64,000 nt of DNA. Source: Chiloscyllium plagiosum (Eukaryota). Positions within the stretch are counted from its first letter, which is position 1. Every line of letters starts with the position of its first letter. The notes beneath the pieces were generated by a model. The model saw only the letters and a list, made by a program, of their open reading frames with translations. It was not told the origin of the DNA and searched no databases. Where the stretch lies: NCBI RefSeq assembly GCF_004010195.1, contig NC_057719.1:37816547-37880546 (forward strand). The letters run 5' to 3'. The translations under genes were made by a program, and so were the position numbers. Below, piece by piece: positions 50,480 to 62,382 of the stretch.

Positions 50480-51665
50480 TGAATAGGGTAAGCCACCTGC
50501 ATATAAGAAATAAAAATTGTTACAAATGGGGTTCATAAAGTTCCGGTAAGGGCTATAATGGAAAGCGAAAGACAAGGGTTTACCCAAATTCAGGCAGCAC
50601 TGACACCTGATGAGAGATTAGATTGATTAAGACTGCATTGTGTTACGACAAGAGGTAAACCCTCCTGCTTAATTTAAACCAGCAACATGGAAAAGATCTA
50701 CCCTATGTAGTAACCTGTGAAAATTCGAGAGGCCAAGAACTATTTAACGTAAAAATTAACAACTTCTTAAAGTATAATAAAGAATAATCAACTAACAACT
50801 ATTTACAACTCTAACCTATCTTTTACTTTCCCTTCTATAATATTAGTCTGATTAAAACCCAAGATTAAGATTTACCAAAAATTTAAATTTTCAAAACCAG
50901 CCAGATGTCGAATCTTCACTTATATCTTCCTCAGTCTTCTTTTCTTCTTCTTAGGGATTACTGTTTCACAGGTTACTGATCAATAAAGGACCTTTAAGAG
51001 AGCTATTCTCCGAGCAGTCTGCAGATGCTGGTGGCTTAGCAGTTCTCCTCCCAACTGTTCAACTTTCTCCGGTCTAATACCCCCAAAGCATCTGATTGTG
51101 TCATTGGCTTTTAAGATTGTCAATATACTAAATTCAACTTGATTGGAGTTTGGTATTTTTGGGGGTATAAATTAAATTGATTGGCCTAATTCAAATTTGT
51201 TTTGTCTCCAGGCAACCAGCTACCCTGGCTGCTGGACCACATTACATTCTATCTTGTTCAGAACATTTGGTGCTGTCAGGTAGTTCTGCTCGCTTTTAAC
51301 TCTCTTAAAGGTACAGTGCATCCACATCTTCATGATGATTGACTCGAGTTTAGAAAAATGAAGGAGCTTAAAAAATCGTTTAAAATTCTAACAGACTAGA
51401 TAAGGTAAACACAGGAAAGATGCTCCTGATGACCAGCGCGTTCAGAATCAGGGCTCGCAGTCTAAAAATATGTGGTGGGCCATTTCGGACTTAGATGAGG
51501 AGAACATTCTTCTCCCAATGAATGATAAGTCTGTGGAATTCTCTGCCACAGAATTCTCTAGAGGTCTAAAATTTGAATGTTTTCAAGAAGGTGTTAGATG
51601 TAGTAGTGATTTGGATCATCAGATCGAATGGCAGAGCAGGCTTGAAAAGTTGAATAACCTGTGCT
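50480..51665 (+). mobile_element. Old CR1 3' fragment split by a solo LTR
   Basis: gattaagactgcattg|LTR|actcgagtttagaaaaatg resembles the LGL.SLEFRKM region. Confidence 0.7.
50641..51337 (-). mobile_element. Solo LTR, same family as 20225-20922, with a 4-bp TSD ATTG
   Basis: Starts tgttacgaca; attg at 50637-50640 and 51338-51341; reverse-complement homology to 20225-20922. Confidence 0.85.
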
Positions 51666-53942
51666 TCTCTGGATTTGAGGAGATTTTGCGTTAAGAAAAC
51701 GACAATGAGAAGATAGTGAGAGCTGATGTATGGTTAATCTTGCATGGTTTCCGTTGCAATTATTCATGGGTACTATTTCTGGCCCACTGCCTTAGCACAA
51801 TATCAGTGGACATGAGGTTAGTTTCTATATTTATACCAAATTTATCCCACTCTGTCTCATCCTGGCATTTCTACTGCTCCAAAACAGAAAAACACTAAAG
51901 AATGAGAAGTGACCAAAACCCACTCAGAGCTGATTTTCTTGTTTGAAGAGTCTTTAAGAATATTGATCTTCTGATAATATTTATCAAAGGTACTAGACTA
52001 ATTAGTTAAACTCCTTGTGAGCAGCTGTTTACAACCATTAATATCCAAATTTGAGTTCCTAAATTATTTGTATCAACATTTCAGGCAATATTAACATTAA
52101 TGCTTCCCAACTTCCTTTCATGTTCCATACAGACTCTTAAACAAATAAAATTAATTATTTCTTGGTAATTTATTGAAGTCAGCCAATATTCAGGAACTAA
52201 AGTTAGAATCATAGCTGTTGTTAATGTAAACATTGATTAGGAAAATAATTAGGTTCCGAAGGTTTGGTTGCAGTGATTCGGCTTTAACTATTAACTGATG
52301 GACAATCTGCAGTTGAGTTTTAAGGTGAATATAAATTGGTGAAATTAATATTAGATTGAAGAATTGATAACAGCACTAGATAACCAGAATATTAAATAGA
52401 TTAAACCCTATGTGTTAGTAGTTAGCAATGTTAGCAGAGCTTCTGTGACCTGGTCTTTATGAGCTGATGTGGTTGAGTGGTATTAGCCTTCTGAGACATT
52501 ATAGGTATGAACCTCTATTAGTGCTAGATTCCCTGCTTCTAGCTAAGTTTGTCTTATGCCCTGGTAACCATATTTGAACTAACTACCTTAAATTTCACAT
52601 TTAATTAATCTTTTTGACTGGGGAAGCTGTACAATCTTAACATATGTGATCTCCCCACCCTTAGAAATGCACATTCCTATTTTAGACATAGCTGCCCATA
52701 TAACCAAAGTAATACAAGCTGAACCAGAAACTGAAGATGCAACTTCACTGTCAAAAACATTATTGTGCTCATATACAATTTCCAAATTAAATTCATCATT
52801 TGTCTGACATATTGGAAGAGTTCAATGCTCTTGTGCCAATTACCTTACAAAGTCCTATTCATAACCATCCAGATAACATCAGATTAATGTGACACCATAA
52901 CTTGGATATGCCAGATTACTTGTTCATTCCTTGCATCAGGCCTTTGCGAAGAAACAATCTCCAGTCTGTAATTATGATTTTAATTTTGTTGTACCTAAAA
53001 TTACCTTCCAGCACGTAATCTTCAGCATTGTAGTCAGAGGTGATATTGACAACTATGATCTGGCAGACTAACTAAGCATTTGCTTTGTAAATGACCTTTG
53101 TAAGATTAAAAGTGCCATTCTGAAAGTAGGTTGAGAAAACTGGCCCCTTGCATTATCTAAGCATGCATTGTGTATGATAATTTTCATTAGGTTTTTCTTT
53201 CAGTTCAAAACTCAACTTTCGAGTGGTTTTTAAAAATTTACCATATTGTTGATTATCTCAAGTGATGAATTGTAAAGCTAGACGTTTTTCATGAAGCTCT
53301 TGGACTTTAGATCTGTGTGAAGTTTTGTGTCACCTAGGAAATATTTTGGGGTCTTGTAACAAGGTATGTCTATGAGTGGACATGTAGAGTCCTTACATGC
53401 ATCAACAGGACCGTCTAGATGTTATCTAATATGTAGAGTGCTTAGGAGTGCCATTAGGATCGAACAATTGCTCCTAACTTAAGAATGCTGTACAGTAAGA
53501 CTTGATCTATATTCATCCAGGGTTCATTTATTCTAGTTAATTCAGTATTTTATGGACAACTTTTACATAGTAAAATAGTCAGGCTGTAATCATCCTTTCA
53601 TAATTTAAAAAAAAATCTCAAATTCAAATGTCAGGAATTGATTTGAGTGGATTTGTCAATAGGGAACTTCAGAAGTAGTATTTATGATTGAAATAAATAG
53701 AAGTTTGTTTATTTGCAACATTGATAAATATCAAAATGTTTTTAAGTCAAGATAAGTAAGTCTTGCAGCAAATGAGTGAACTCCGTCTCTGCGATAAAAA
53801 TAACTAAAAGTAATTCAATAAAACTGCAAACTTCTTGGCTATTTGAGTGCTCCACGGAAAATAATCCATGCATTCTAGTCTCACACATTTTGAAGGCCTT
53901 TCGTCCACAAGGCATATTTAGTAGCACGTTGCTTTTAGAACA

Positions 53943-54187
53943 TGATTTGGAGATGCCGGTGTTGGACTGGGATGTACAAAGTTAAAAATCACAACAGGTT
54001 ATAGTCCAACAGGTTTAATTGGAAGCACACTAGGTTTCGGAGCGACGCTCCTTCATCAGGTGATAGTCCTTCATCAGGTGACTATCATCAGGACTATCTC
54101 CTGATGAAGGAGCGTCGCTCCGAAGGCTAGTGTGCTTCCAATTAAACCTGTTGGACTATAACCTAGTGTTGTGTGATTTTTAGCTTT
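53943..54187. mobile_element. Fold-back PLE-derived insertion (family 2) with a 12-bp TSD and two hammerhead-like motifs
   Basis: Arms 53978-54070 and 54090-54187; TSD gcttttagaaca at 53931-53942 and 54183-54194. CTGATGA-AGGAGC-GTC-GCTCC-GAA..CTAGTG occurs on both strands. Confidence 0.9.
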
Positions 54188-55235
54188 TAGAACACTTTTT
54201 CCACCTACGTAAGCTGGAATTCTTCTATTGAAGGTAATTATTGTGTAAATGTGTAACAGTCAGCATGTGACAGCAAGTTTTCAAAGGGAGTATCGATGTT
54301 TTTGTTAGGAAAATTCTCTTCACTGAGATTTTATTACATTTATGGCAGTTTCTTATCTGTAGAAAATCTGTTGTACTGAATGAGCCATCAGTTCACAGTC
54401 CCAATTAATCCTGGTTTTAGCACACTATGATTTATTTCTTTTGGAAAACAAAATCAAGCATTACACTGGAGACAAGAAAAAAATTGTCCGAGAAGCAAAA
54501 AAGGAAATATGACAAGTTAAATAATCAAATTCCCTTCATCCTAAGGCCTCAACGGTTTACATGGGCTTAGAACTAAACAAAACAACACAAGTCAAATATT
54601 TTGCTAAGCTGATGCTACTTGAATGTAGTCCACACTCCTTATGGCCATGGTGGTTTGTTTGTGATTTGAAACCGTGCAACTTCATTACATGTTCAGATTT
54701 CGGATCTTTCTTGGCACATGCTAATGCATCAACTAAATAATGCAATGCTAAGGGAAGTATAACCAAGTTACCAAAAGACTAGATGTGACTATTTTATTGG
54801 TTGTTTGTATTCATTCTGATCCTGTAACTTTGTTTCACTGTGTTTAGAACAATACTTAGATTAAAGCAGCATCTCCCATTCTGACCCACCCTGAAAGCCC
54901 ATGAATTATTTTCTGGTGCACAAGTCATTGCAAAATAGTTAGACTTTCCTTGGCGGTCTGTAGTTGTAAAAGAGGGGTAGTTTGCTCTTATATGCCTAGA
55001 TGTAACTCCAGACCCACAGCAATACAGTTGATCCTTAACGTCCTCTGAAATGGCCAAGTTAGCCACTGCAAAGAAGTCAAATTAGAATAAAACCAGACTT
55101 TAACTTGGACACAGAAAAGATAATGGCAACCCCACCTAGCTGACCTGCAAATTCCTCCTCACTAACACCTGAGGATTTGTACCAACATTGAGAGAGCTGT
55201 CCCATAAACTAGTGAAGCAACAATCTAACAGAAGT

Positions 55236-56166
55236 TTTAAAATAGTGATGGAAAAGGAAAGACCAGACCTAAAAATTGAAGTTCTAAATTGGAGAAAGGC
55301 CAATTTTGACGGTGTTAGGTAAGATCTTTCAAAAGCTGATTGGGGGCAAATGTTTGCAGGTAAAGGGACGGGCTGGAAAATGGGAAACCTTCAGAAATGA
55401 GATAACGAGAGTCCAGAGAAAGTATATTCCTGTTAGGGTGAAAGGAAAGGCTGGTAGATATAGGCAATGCTTGATGACTAAAGAAATTGAGGGTTTGGTA
55501 AAGAAAAAGAAGGAAGCATATGTCAGGATAGATCGAGTGAATTCTTAGAAGAGTATAAAGATAGTAGGAGTATACTTAAGAGGGAAATCAGGAGGCAAAA
55601 AGAGGACATGAGATAGCTTTGGCAAATAAGGTTAAGGAGAATCCAAAGTTTTTTACAAATATGTTAAGAACAAAAGGGTAACTAGGGAGAGAATAGGGCC
55701 CCTCCAAGATCAGCAAGGCGGCCTTTGTGTGGAGCTGTAGGAAATGGGCAGATACTAAACGAGTAGTTTGCATCAGTATTTACTGTGGAAAAGGACATGG
55801 AAGATATAGTCTGTAGGGAAATAGATGGTGACATCTTGAAAAATGTCCATATTACAGAGGAGGAAGTGCTGGATGTCTTGAAATGCATAAAAGTGGATAA
55901 ATCCCCAGGACCTGATCAGGTGTACCCTAGAGCTCTGTGGGAAGATAGGGAAGTGATTGCTGGGCCTCTTACTGAAATACTTGTATCATTGATAGTCACA
56001 GGTGAGGTGCCAGAAGACTGGAGATTGGCTAACGTGTTGCCACTGTTTAAGAAAGGTGGTAAGGACAAGCCAGGAACTATAGACATCGGTGGTGGGCAAG
56101 TTGTTGGAGGAAGTCTTGAAGGACAGGATGTACATATATTTGGAAAGGCAAGAACTGATTAAGAAT
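55236..56166 (+). mobile_element. CR1 ORF2 internal fragment
   Basis: KVDKSPGPDQVYPRALWE..PEDWRLANVLPLFKKG. Confidence 0.9.
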
Positions 56167-56762
56167 AGCGCTACTGCTGATCAAGCTGATAACATACTAA
56201 AGGACGCTATTGCTCGACAATGACATAGTGGGCTCACAGAAGGTGATGAGGGATTAAGAGGGAAAAACATACTTAAGCTCATCCTCACCAATCTGCCAGC
56301 TGTAAATACACCTGACCATGACAATATGTTAAGAATAATTTCTGCATAGTTCTTGTGGAGATAAAGTTCTGTATTCATATTGTGACTCCACAGATCCTGT
56401 TGCATCCATATCCTGAAAATTTGTGTTGCATAGTTTCCTGCACCCAGCCTGCTGTTCCAGTACAGCTACAACACTGGCATCAATCCAATATATGGAAAAT
56501 TGTCCAAGTTTAGACTGTCAAGTGGCAAATAACATGGCACACAAGTGCCAGGCAATGACTATCTCCAACAAGACAGAATCTAACCATTTTCCCTTGACAT
56601 TCAATGGTATTAGAACCACCAAATCCCTCCTTACCAACATCTTGGGTGCTGCTGTTGAGCAGGAACTAAATTGAATCAGTGATATAAATATTGTGGTTAC
56701 AAAAGCTGGTCTGAGCCAGAGGTCCTGCAATAAGTAACTCACCTCTTGACTCCCAAACACCT

Positions 56763-57106
56763 GGGCGGCACGGTGGTTCAGTGGTTAGCACTGCTGCCTC
56801 ACTGCACCAAGGTCCCAGGTTCAATTCCAGCCTCGGCTGACTGTGTGGAGTTTGCACATTCTCCCCGTGTCTGCGTGGGTTTCCTCCGGGTGCTCCGGTT
56901 TCCTCCCACAGTCCAAAGATGTGCAGGTTAGGTGAATTGGTCATGCTAAATTGCCCATGCTAAATTGCCCATAGTGTTAGGTGCATTAGTCAGGGGTAAA
57001 TGTAGGGGAATGGGTCTGGGTGGGTTGCTCTTCGGAGGGTCGGTGTGGACTTGTTGGGCTGAAGGGCCTATTTCCACACTGTAGAGAATCTAATCTAATC
57101 TAATCT
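56763..57106 (+). mobile_element. Young HE1/V-SINE-type SINE
   Basis: Complete head, core and (aatct)n tail; internal 14-bp tandem duplication catgctaaattgcc. Confidence 0.92.
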
Positions 57107-57859
57107 ATCCCCAAGTTGCAAGTCAGAACTATGATGGAATATTGCCTGCTTTCTTGGATGAATGCGGCTGCAATATCACTTGGCTTGACACCATCAAAGA
57201 CAGAACAGCCTGCTTGATTAGCATCACATTCGTTCGCTCCACCATCGACACATGTAGAGGTAGACCATCTACAAGATGCACGATAGAATTTCACCAAGGT
57301 TTCTCAGACAACGTCTTCTAAATCCATGACCACTTCAATCCAGAAGTATAAGGGCAGTTGATATGGGAACACCACCATCTGCAAGATCCCCTCCAAGATA
57401 TACTTGGAAATGTGCTCCTATCCTTTAGTATGAAGGAAAAGCCTACTTGACCTCTCCCACCAATCTACCAGGTGTATCTGACCAAGACAGTATTGATAAG
57501 AGTAACCACTACCTAGTCCTTGGTAAAACAAAGTCCCATCTTCAGGCATAAGGAAAATCTCTAGCATCTCAAATGGCACAATCACCATCATGCTAAATGG
57601 GATAGATCTGTTCTGAATCTATCAGTTCAAAACTGAACAATCATGAGGCACTGTGGACTGTTAGTAGCAGAAGAATAATATTCAAACACATTGGTCACCT
57701 CAATGGCCCAACTCGACTAATGCTTTCAAGTAGAGGATCAATACGAGTTGATTGAGAAATGCAGGAGAGCATGCCAAGAGCAGCACCAGACATATTTAAA
57801 ATGAAATGCCAACCTGTTAAAGCTACAAATTGAGATCCGAGCAAACCTTGCCTTTCTAA

Positions 57860-59040
57860 ATGGTTGGGTAGACAACTTCAGTTTGCATAAACTCTCCTTG
57901 TAATTAAACCCTTGGAGTTCACGGATCTTTCTGGTAAGTCTATAGTGCACATCCTCTAAGGTCACGACAGACTTACTAACTTGTGGTGGCCCAGGACTGC
58001 AACAGTACTGCAATGTTGGTCTAACTATATATAGCTGAAATATGACTCCTGCCTCCTTGTAGGCTAGTTCTCGAGTTACAAAAGCGACTGTTTATGTATT
58101 TTTTTTGTTCAGCGGTTCATAATAAGTTAACAGTCTATGTACCTAGACTCCCATGTCTTCTAGAACCTTTACTGCTTCTAACTTTTCATCAATTCTACAC
58201 TTTTTATATCACATTTACTTGCATTGAAATGTATTTGTCACAGGTTTGCCCTAAATTTATTTATGATATTTAATGCATAAATATTTCTTATTGCATCCAT
58301 CTACATTGGTTACAGTATCAACAATCTTTGCATCATTTCATCATCTGTGTTCTTCACATAATATCTGTGCAGGAATAAACCATTTAGACTTTCATGTGTG
58401 CTCTCTTGGCACTATTTTTCCAGGTTATCCTCACATTCCTTGATATTATTAGCTACTAGAAATCTCTTAATTTCTGTTGAACATACTCAGTGACAGCTTC
58501 TACAGCCCATGGGGTAGAGAATTCCATAGATTCACTCCCATCTAAGTGAAGAAATTCCTTCTAGTCTCAACCCGAAATATTAAATGGTTTGCCTGTTATT
58601 CTGCGATTGTGTCTTCTGGTCCTAGATCCACCTGCAAGCTAATTTAGTGACTAATAAATAAGGACAGCTAATCTCTCACCATTTTATGAAATACTCTGCA
58701 CCTCTATTCCTCCTAGCAAAGTGGATAACACCACATTTATATGCATTATATTCAATCTGCTATGTTAAAAACATTAGGAACAGGAGTAGACAACTCAGCT
58801 TGTCTATGTTCTTGCCCACTCATGTAGCCTATCAAAATCCCCTTAAAGCCTCTTTGCATTATCCTCATAGTACGTATTCCCAACAAGTTCTACCAACTTA
58901 GAAATATTGCACTAGGTACCACGTCCACATCATTGATAGAGATTATGAACAGCTGGGACCAAAGAAAAATCCTTGTGTTACCCCTTTGCTGACAGTCTGG
59001 CAACCTGAGAATGGCCCATTTATTCTTACACTCTGTACGT
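57860..59040 (-). mobile_element. Old CR1 fragments
   Basis: Degenerate reverse-strand CR1 motifs; boundaries approximate. Confidence 0.5.
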
Positions 59041-59344
59041 ATGAAAGATTGAACCAAATTCAGAGGGTTTATTTCTGTAGACCAAGAAGTAGATTTGTAG
59101 CATAAAGAAGAGGAACAGACATTTTCTAATATGTATAGACAAGATGTTTCTTGATTAGCTTATTTCCAAAAACAATGCTGGGTCTAATTTGGGGAATGAA
59201 GTGGATGAGAGGTTAGTATGGGATTATTCAGGGAAGTGATTTTTTTAAAAATTCATTAATGGGATGAGGGTGTCACTAGCTAGGCCAGCATTTATTGTCC
59301 ATCCCTAAGTGCCCAGAGGGCAGTTAAGAATCAACCACATATAG

Positions 59345-61159
59345 ATAAGGAGGTGAAGAAGACATTTAGCATGTTTGCCTTCATTGCTCAGACCATTGAA
59401 TATAGGAGTTTGGACTCTTATATTTGAAGTTGCACAGAACATTGGTGAGGCCTTTTCTGGAGTACTGTGTGCTGTTCTGGTCTCCATGTTATTGGAAGGA
59501 TATTATTAAGCTGGAGAGGGTTCAGATGAGATTTACCAGGATGTTGAGGTTTATAAAGTAATAAGGGGTATAGATAAGGTGAAAGAATGGCAGGTGTCTT
59601 TTCCCTACGGTGGGGGATTTAAAGTGTAGGGGGAATATTTCTAAGGTGAAAGGAGAAAAATTTAAAAAAGACATGAGAGGCCATTTTTTGACATAGAGTG
59701 GTTCATGTATGGAATGAACTTCCAGAGGAGGTGGTGGATACGGCTACAGTTACAATGTTTAAAAGACATTTAAGATCAGTTTATGAATAGAAAATGTTTG
59801 TAGAGATATGGGCTAAGCACAGGCAGGTGGAACTACCTTAGTTTTTAGATCATAAGACATAGGAGTGGAAGTAACGCCATTTGGCCCATCGAGTCCACTC
59901 TGCCATTCAATCATGGCTGATGGGCATTTCAATGCCACGTACCCACACTCTCCCCGTAGCCCTTAATTCCTTGCAAGATTAAGAATTTATCAGTCTCTGC
60001 CTTGAAGATATTTAACGTCCCAGCCTCCGCTATGTTCCACGGCAATGAATTCCACAGGCCTACCACTGTCTGGCTGAAGAATTATCTCCTCATTTTCGTT
60101 TTAAATTGACCCCCTTTAATTCTAAGGCTGTGCCCACAGGTCCTAGTATCCCTGCCTGACGGAAACAAATTACCAGCATCCACCCTTTCTAAGCCATGCG
60201 TTATCTTGTAAGTTTCTATTAGATCTCCCCTCAACCTTCTAAACTCTAATGAATACAATCCCAGGATCCTCAGCCATTCATCGTATGTTTGGCCTGCCAT
60301 TCCAGGGATCATCCATGTGAATCTCAGCTGGACACACTCCAGTGCCAGTATGTCCTTCCTGAGGTATGGGGCCTAAAACTGGACACAGTATTCTAAATTG
60401 GGCCTAACCAGAGCTTTGTAAATTCTCAATAACACGTTGCTGTTTTTACATTCCAACTCTCTTGAAATAAATAACACCATTACATTTGCTTTCTTAACCA
60501 CAGACTCAACCTGCAAATCAACCTTTAGAGAATCCTAGACTAGCAGTCCCAGATCCCTTTGTACTTTGGCTTTATGAATTTTCTCACCATTTAGAAAATA
60601 GTCTGTCCCTGTATTCTTTTTTCCAAAGTGCAAAACTTTGCATTTGCTCACATTGAATTTCAATGCCACTTCTTGAACCACTCTCCTAAACTGTCTACAT
60701 CTTTTTGCAGCCTCCCCTCCTCCTCAGAACTACCTGCCTGTCCGCCTACCTTCGTATTCTTGGCGAACTTCGGCAGAATGCCCCCAGTCCTTTCATCCAG
60801 ATCATTAATATATAAAGTGAATAGCTGCGGCCCCAACACTGAACCCTGTGGGACACCACTTATCACTAGCTGCCATTCTGAAAAAAACCTTTTATTCCAA
60901 CTCTGTGCCTTCTGTCAGACAGCCAATCCTCAATCCATGCCAGTAGCTCACCTCGAACACCATGGGCTCTCACCTTACTCAGCAGCCTCCCATGAGGCAC
61001 CTTATCAAAGACTTTTTGGAAGTCTAGGTAGATAACATCCACTGGTTTTCCCTGGTCTAACCTCTTGTTACCTCTTTAAAGAATTCTAACAGGATTATGG
61101 TCGGCAAGGACTGGTTAGACAAAGGGTCTGTATCCATGGTGTGTGACTCTGTCTCCATG
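59345..61159 (+). mobile_element. CR1 3' portion with an 8-bp TSD, itself interrupted near its 3' end
   Basis: TSD acatatag at 59337-59344 and 61160-61167; the 3' tail resumes at about 61097. Confidence 0.8.
59846..61096 (-). mobile_element. CR1 RT plus 3' portion, nested
   Basis: [23 protein letters not shown] and LGLYSLEFRRLRGDLIETYKI. Confidence 0.9.
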
Positions 61160-62067
61160 ACATATAGGCCTAGAGTCACCTGTTGGCCAGACCAGGCAAG
61201 GACAGCATTTTCCTTGAAGGACAGGAGTGACCCAGATGAGTTTTTCCTGACATATGGCAGTGGTTTCATGGTCATCAGTGGACTCTTAATTCCAGATTTT
61301 TTTTTATTGAATTCAAATTCCGCCATCTGAACATTACTTGGGTCTCTGGGTTAACAATCCAGCAATATTATCACTAAGCTTTCACCTTCTCTGATCATAT
61401 ATCATAGTGTTTAGGTTAGCAATAGAAAAGAACAAAGAGTAATCTAAAGTAAAAACATTTAATTGGAAGAGGATCAGTTTTAGTGGGTGGAGAGCAGATC
61501 TATCCTGGGTAAATTTGAATTAAAGATTGGCATGAAATAGTTAATTGAACTGAGGTGTTCCTTTAAAGAGGAGGTGGTGCTAGCATATTGGAGGGTCATA
61601 CCCACAATGGAGGAGGTTAGCATCAGTAACCTGGAGTTCGAAAAGAGGGTAAACCTTAGATTCTCTAGGTGGAAGAAAATAAGGGACTGTGAGGTATATG
61701 ATAAATGTCAGATTAATAAAACAAAATAAAACCAAGCTGATTATAGAAGATTTGTGTGGAAAGTGGTGGGGAAGGAGTGGAAGTGTTGGTGGTGGGGTGT
61801 GGGGAACAAAGACAAAATATGAAAACTACAACTTTCATGAAAGGAAATTCAAAAGTCTTCTACAACCATGTATGGTAGTTCAAGCCAATGAGGGATCGGA
61901 AAAGAGACCTAAATGTGGAGGCAGAAACATGGTTAAGGTAATAATTAGTACTTTGCACATCTCTTTATCAAAGAAGTTAAAGTCATAATGAGAGAAAAGG
62001 TAATTAAGATATTTGATGGGCTAAAAGATTATGAAGCCCAAATGAAGCAAAACAAAAACAATGAATC

Positions 62068-62382
62068 ATGCAATTATATAGCGCCTTTCAGAACCATCAA
62101 ACCCTCCTCAATGCTTTACAGGCATTGAAGCACTTTGAACATGCAATTGCTGTTGTAACATAGTAAATATGGTACCCACTTTGTGCACAGCAAGCTCCCG
62201 CAAATTGCAATGTGATAATAGTCAAATGATCTGTTCTTGTGGTGTTAATTGAGGAATATCATTGTTTGGAGCACAAGAACTCACTCTCCTGCTTTTCTTC
62301 AAATAATAGTGCTTTGGGATCTTTTACTACAACCTGAGAGGACAGACAGGACTTTGATTTAACATCTTATTTGAAAGACATC
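62068..62382 (-). mobile_element. Deu-domain SINE (SacSINE1/AmnSINE-like), 3' part
   Basis: tgcaattatatagcgcctttc...gcacagcaagctcccgcaaa...gggatcttttac..acctgagaggacagacagg. Confidence 0.7.

Larger units (their letters stand above)
54940..57420 (+). mobile_element. LINE family B remnant (5' region to 3' region) with nested CR1 and HE1 insertions
   Basis: 5' part shares the family B SINE core, followed by an APE-like start (N..GFVPTLRELSHKLVKQQ). 56420-57420 is homologous to 22050-22610. Confidence 0.65.
59242..61390 (-). mobile_element. Family B SINE-like element split by nested CR1s
   Basis: Tail at 59242-59340 and head/core at 61168-61390. Confidence 0.75.

Noticed and set aside
2377..54187. 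Reading the palindromes as DNA-transposon MITEs, pre-miRNAs or CRISPR-like repeats
   Set aside because: The one-sided tails, variable 9-16 bp TSDs and identity with PLE termini favour retrotransposition. There is no repeat-spacer array and no prokaryotic gene.
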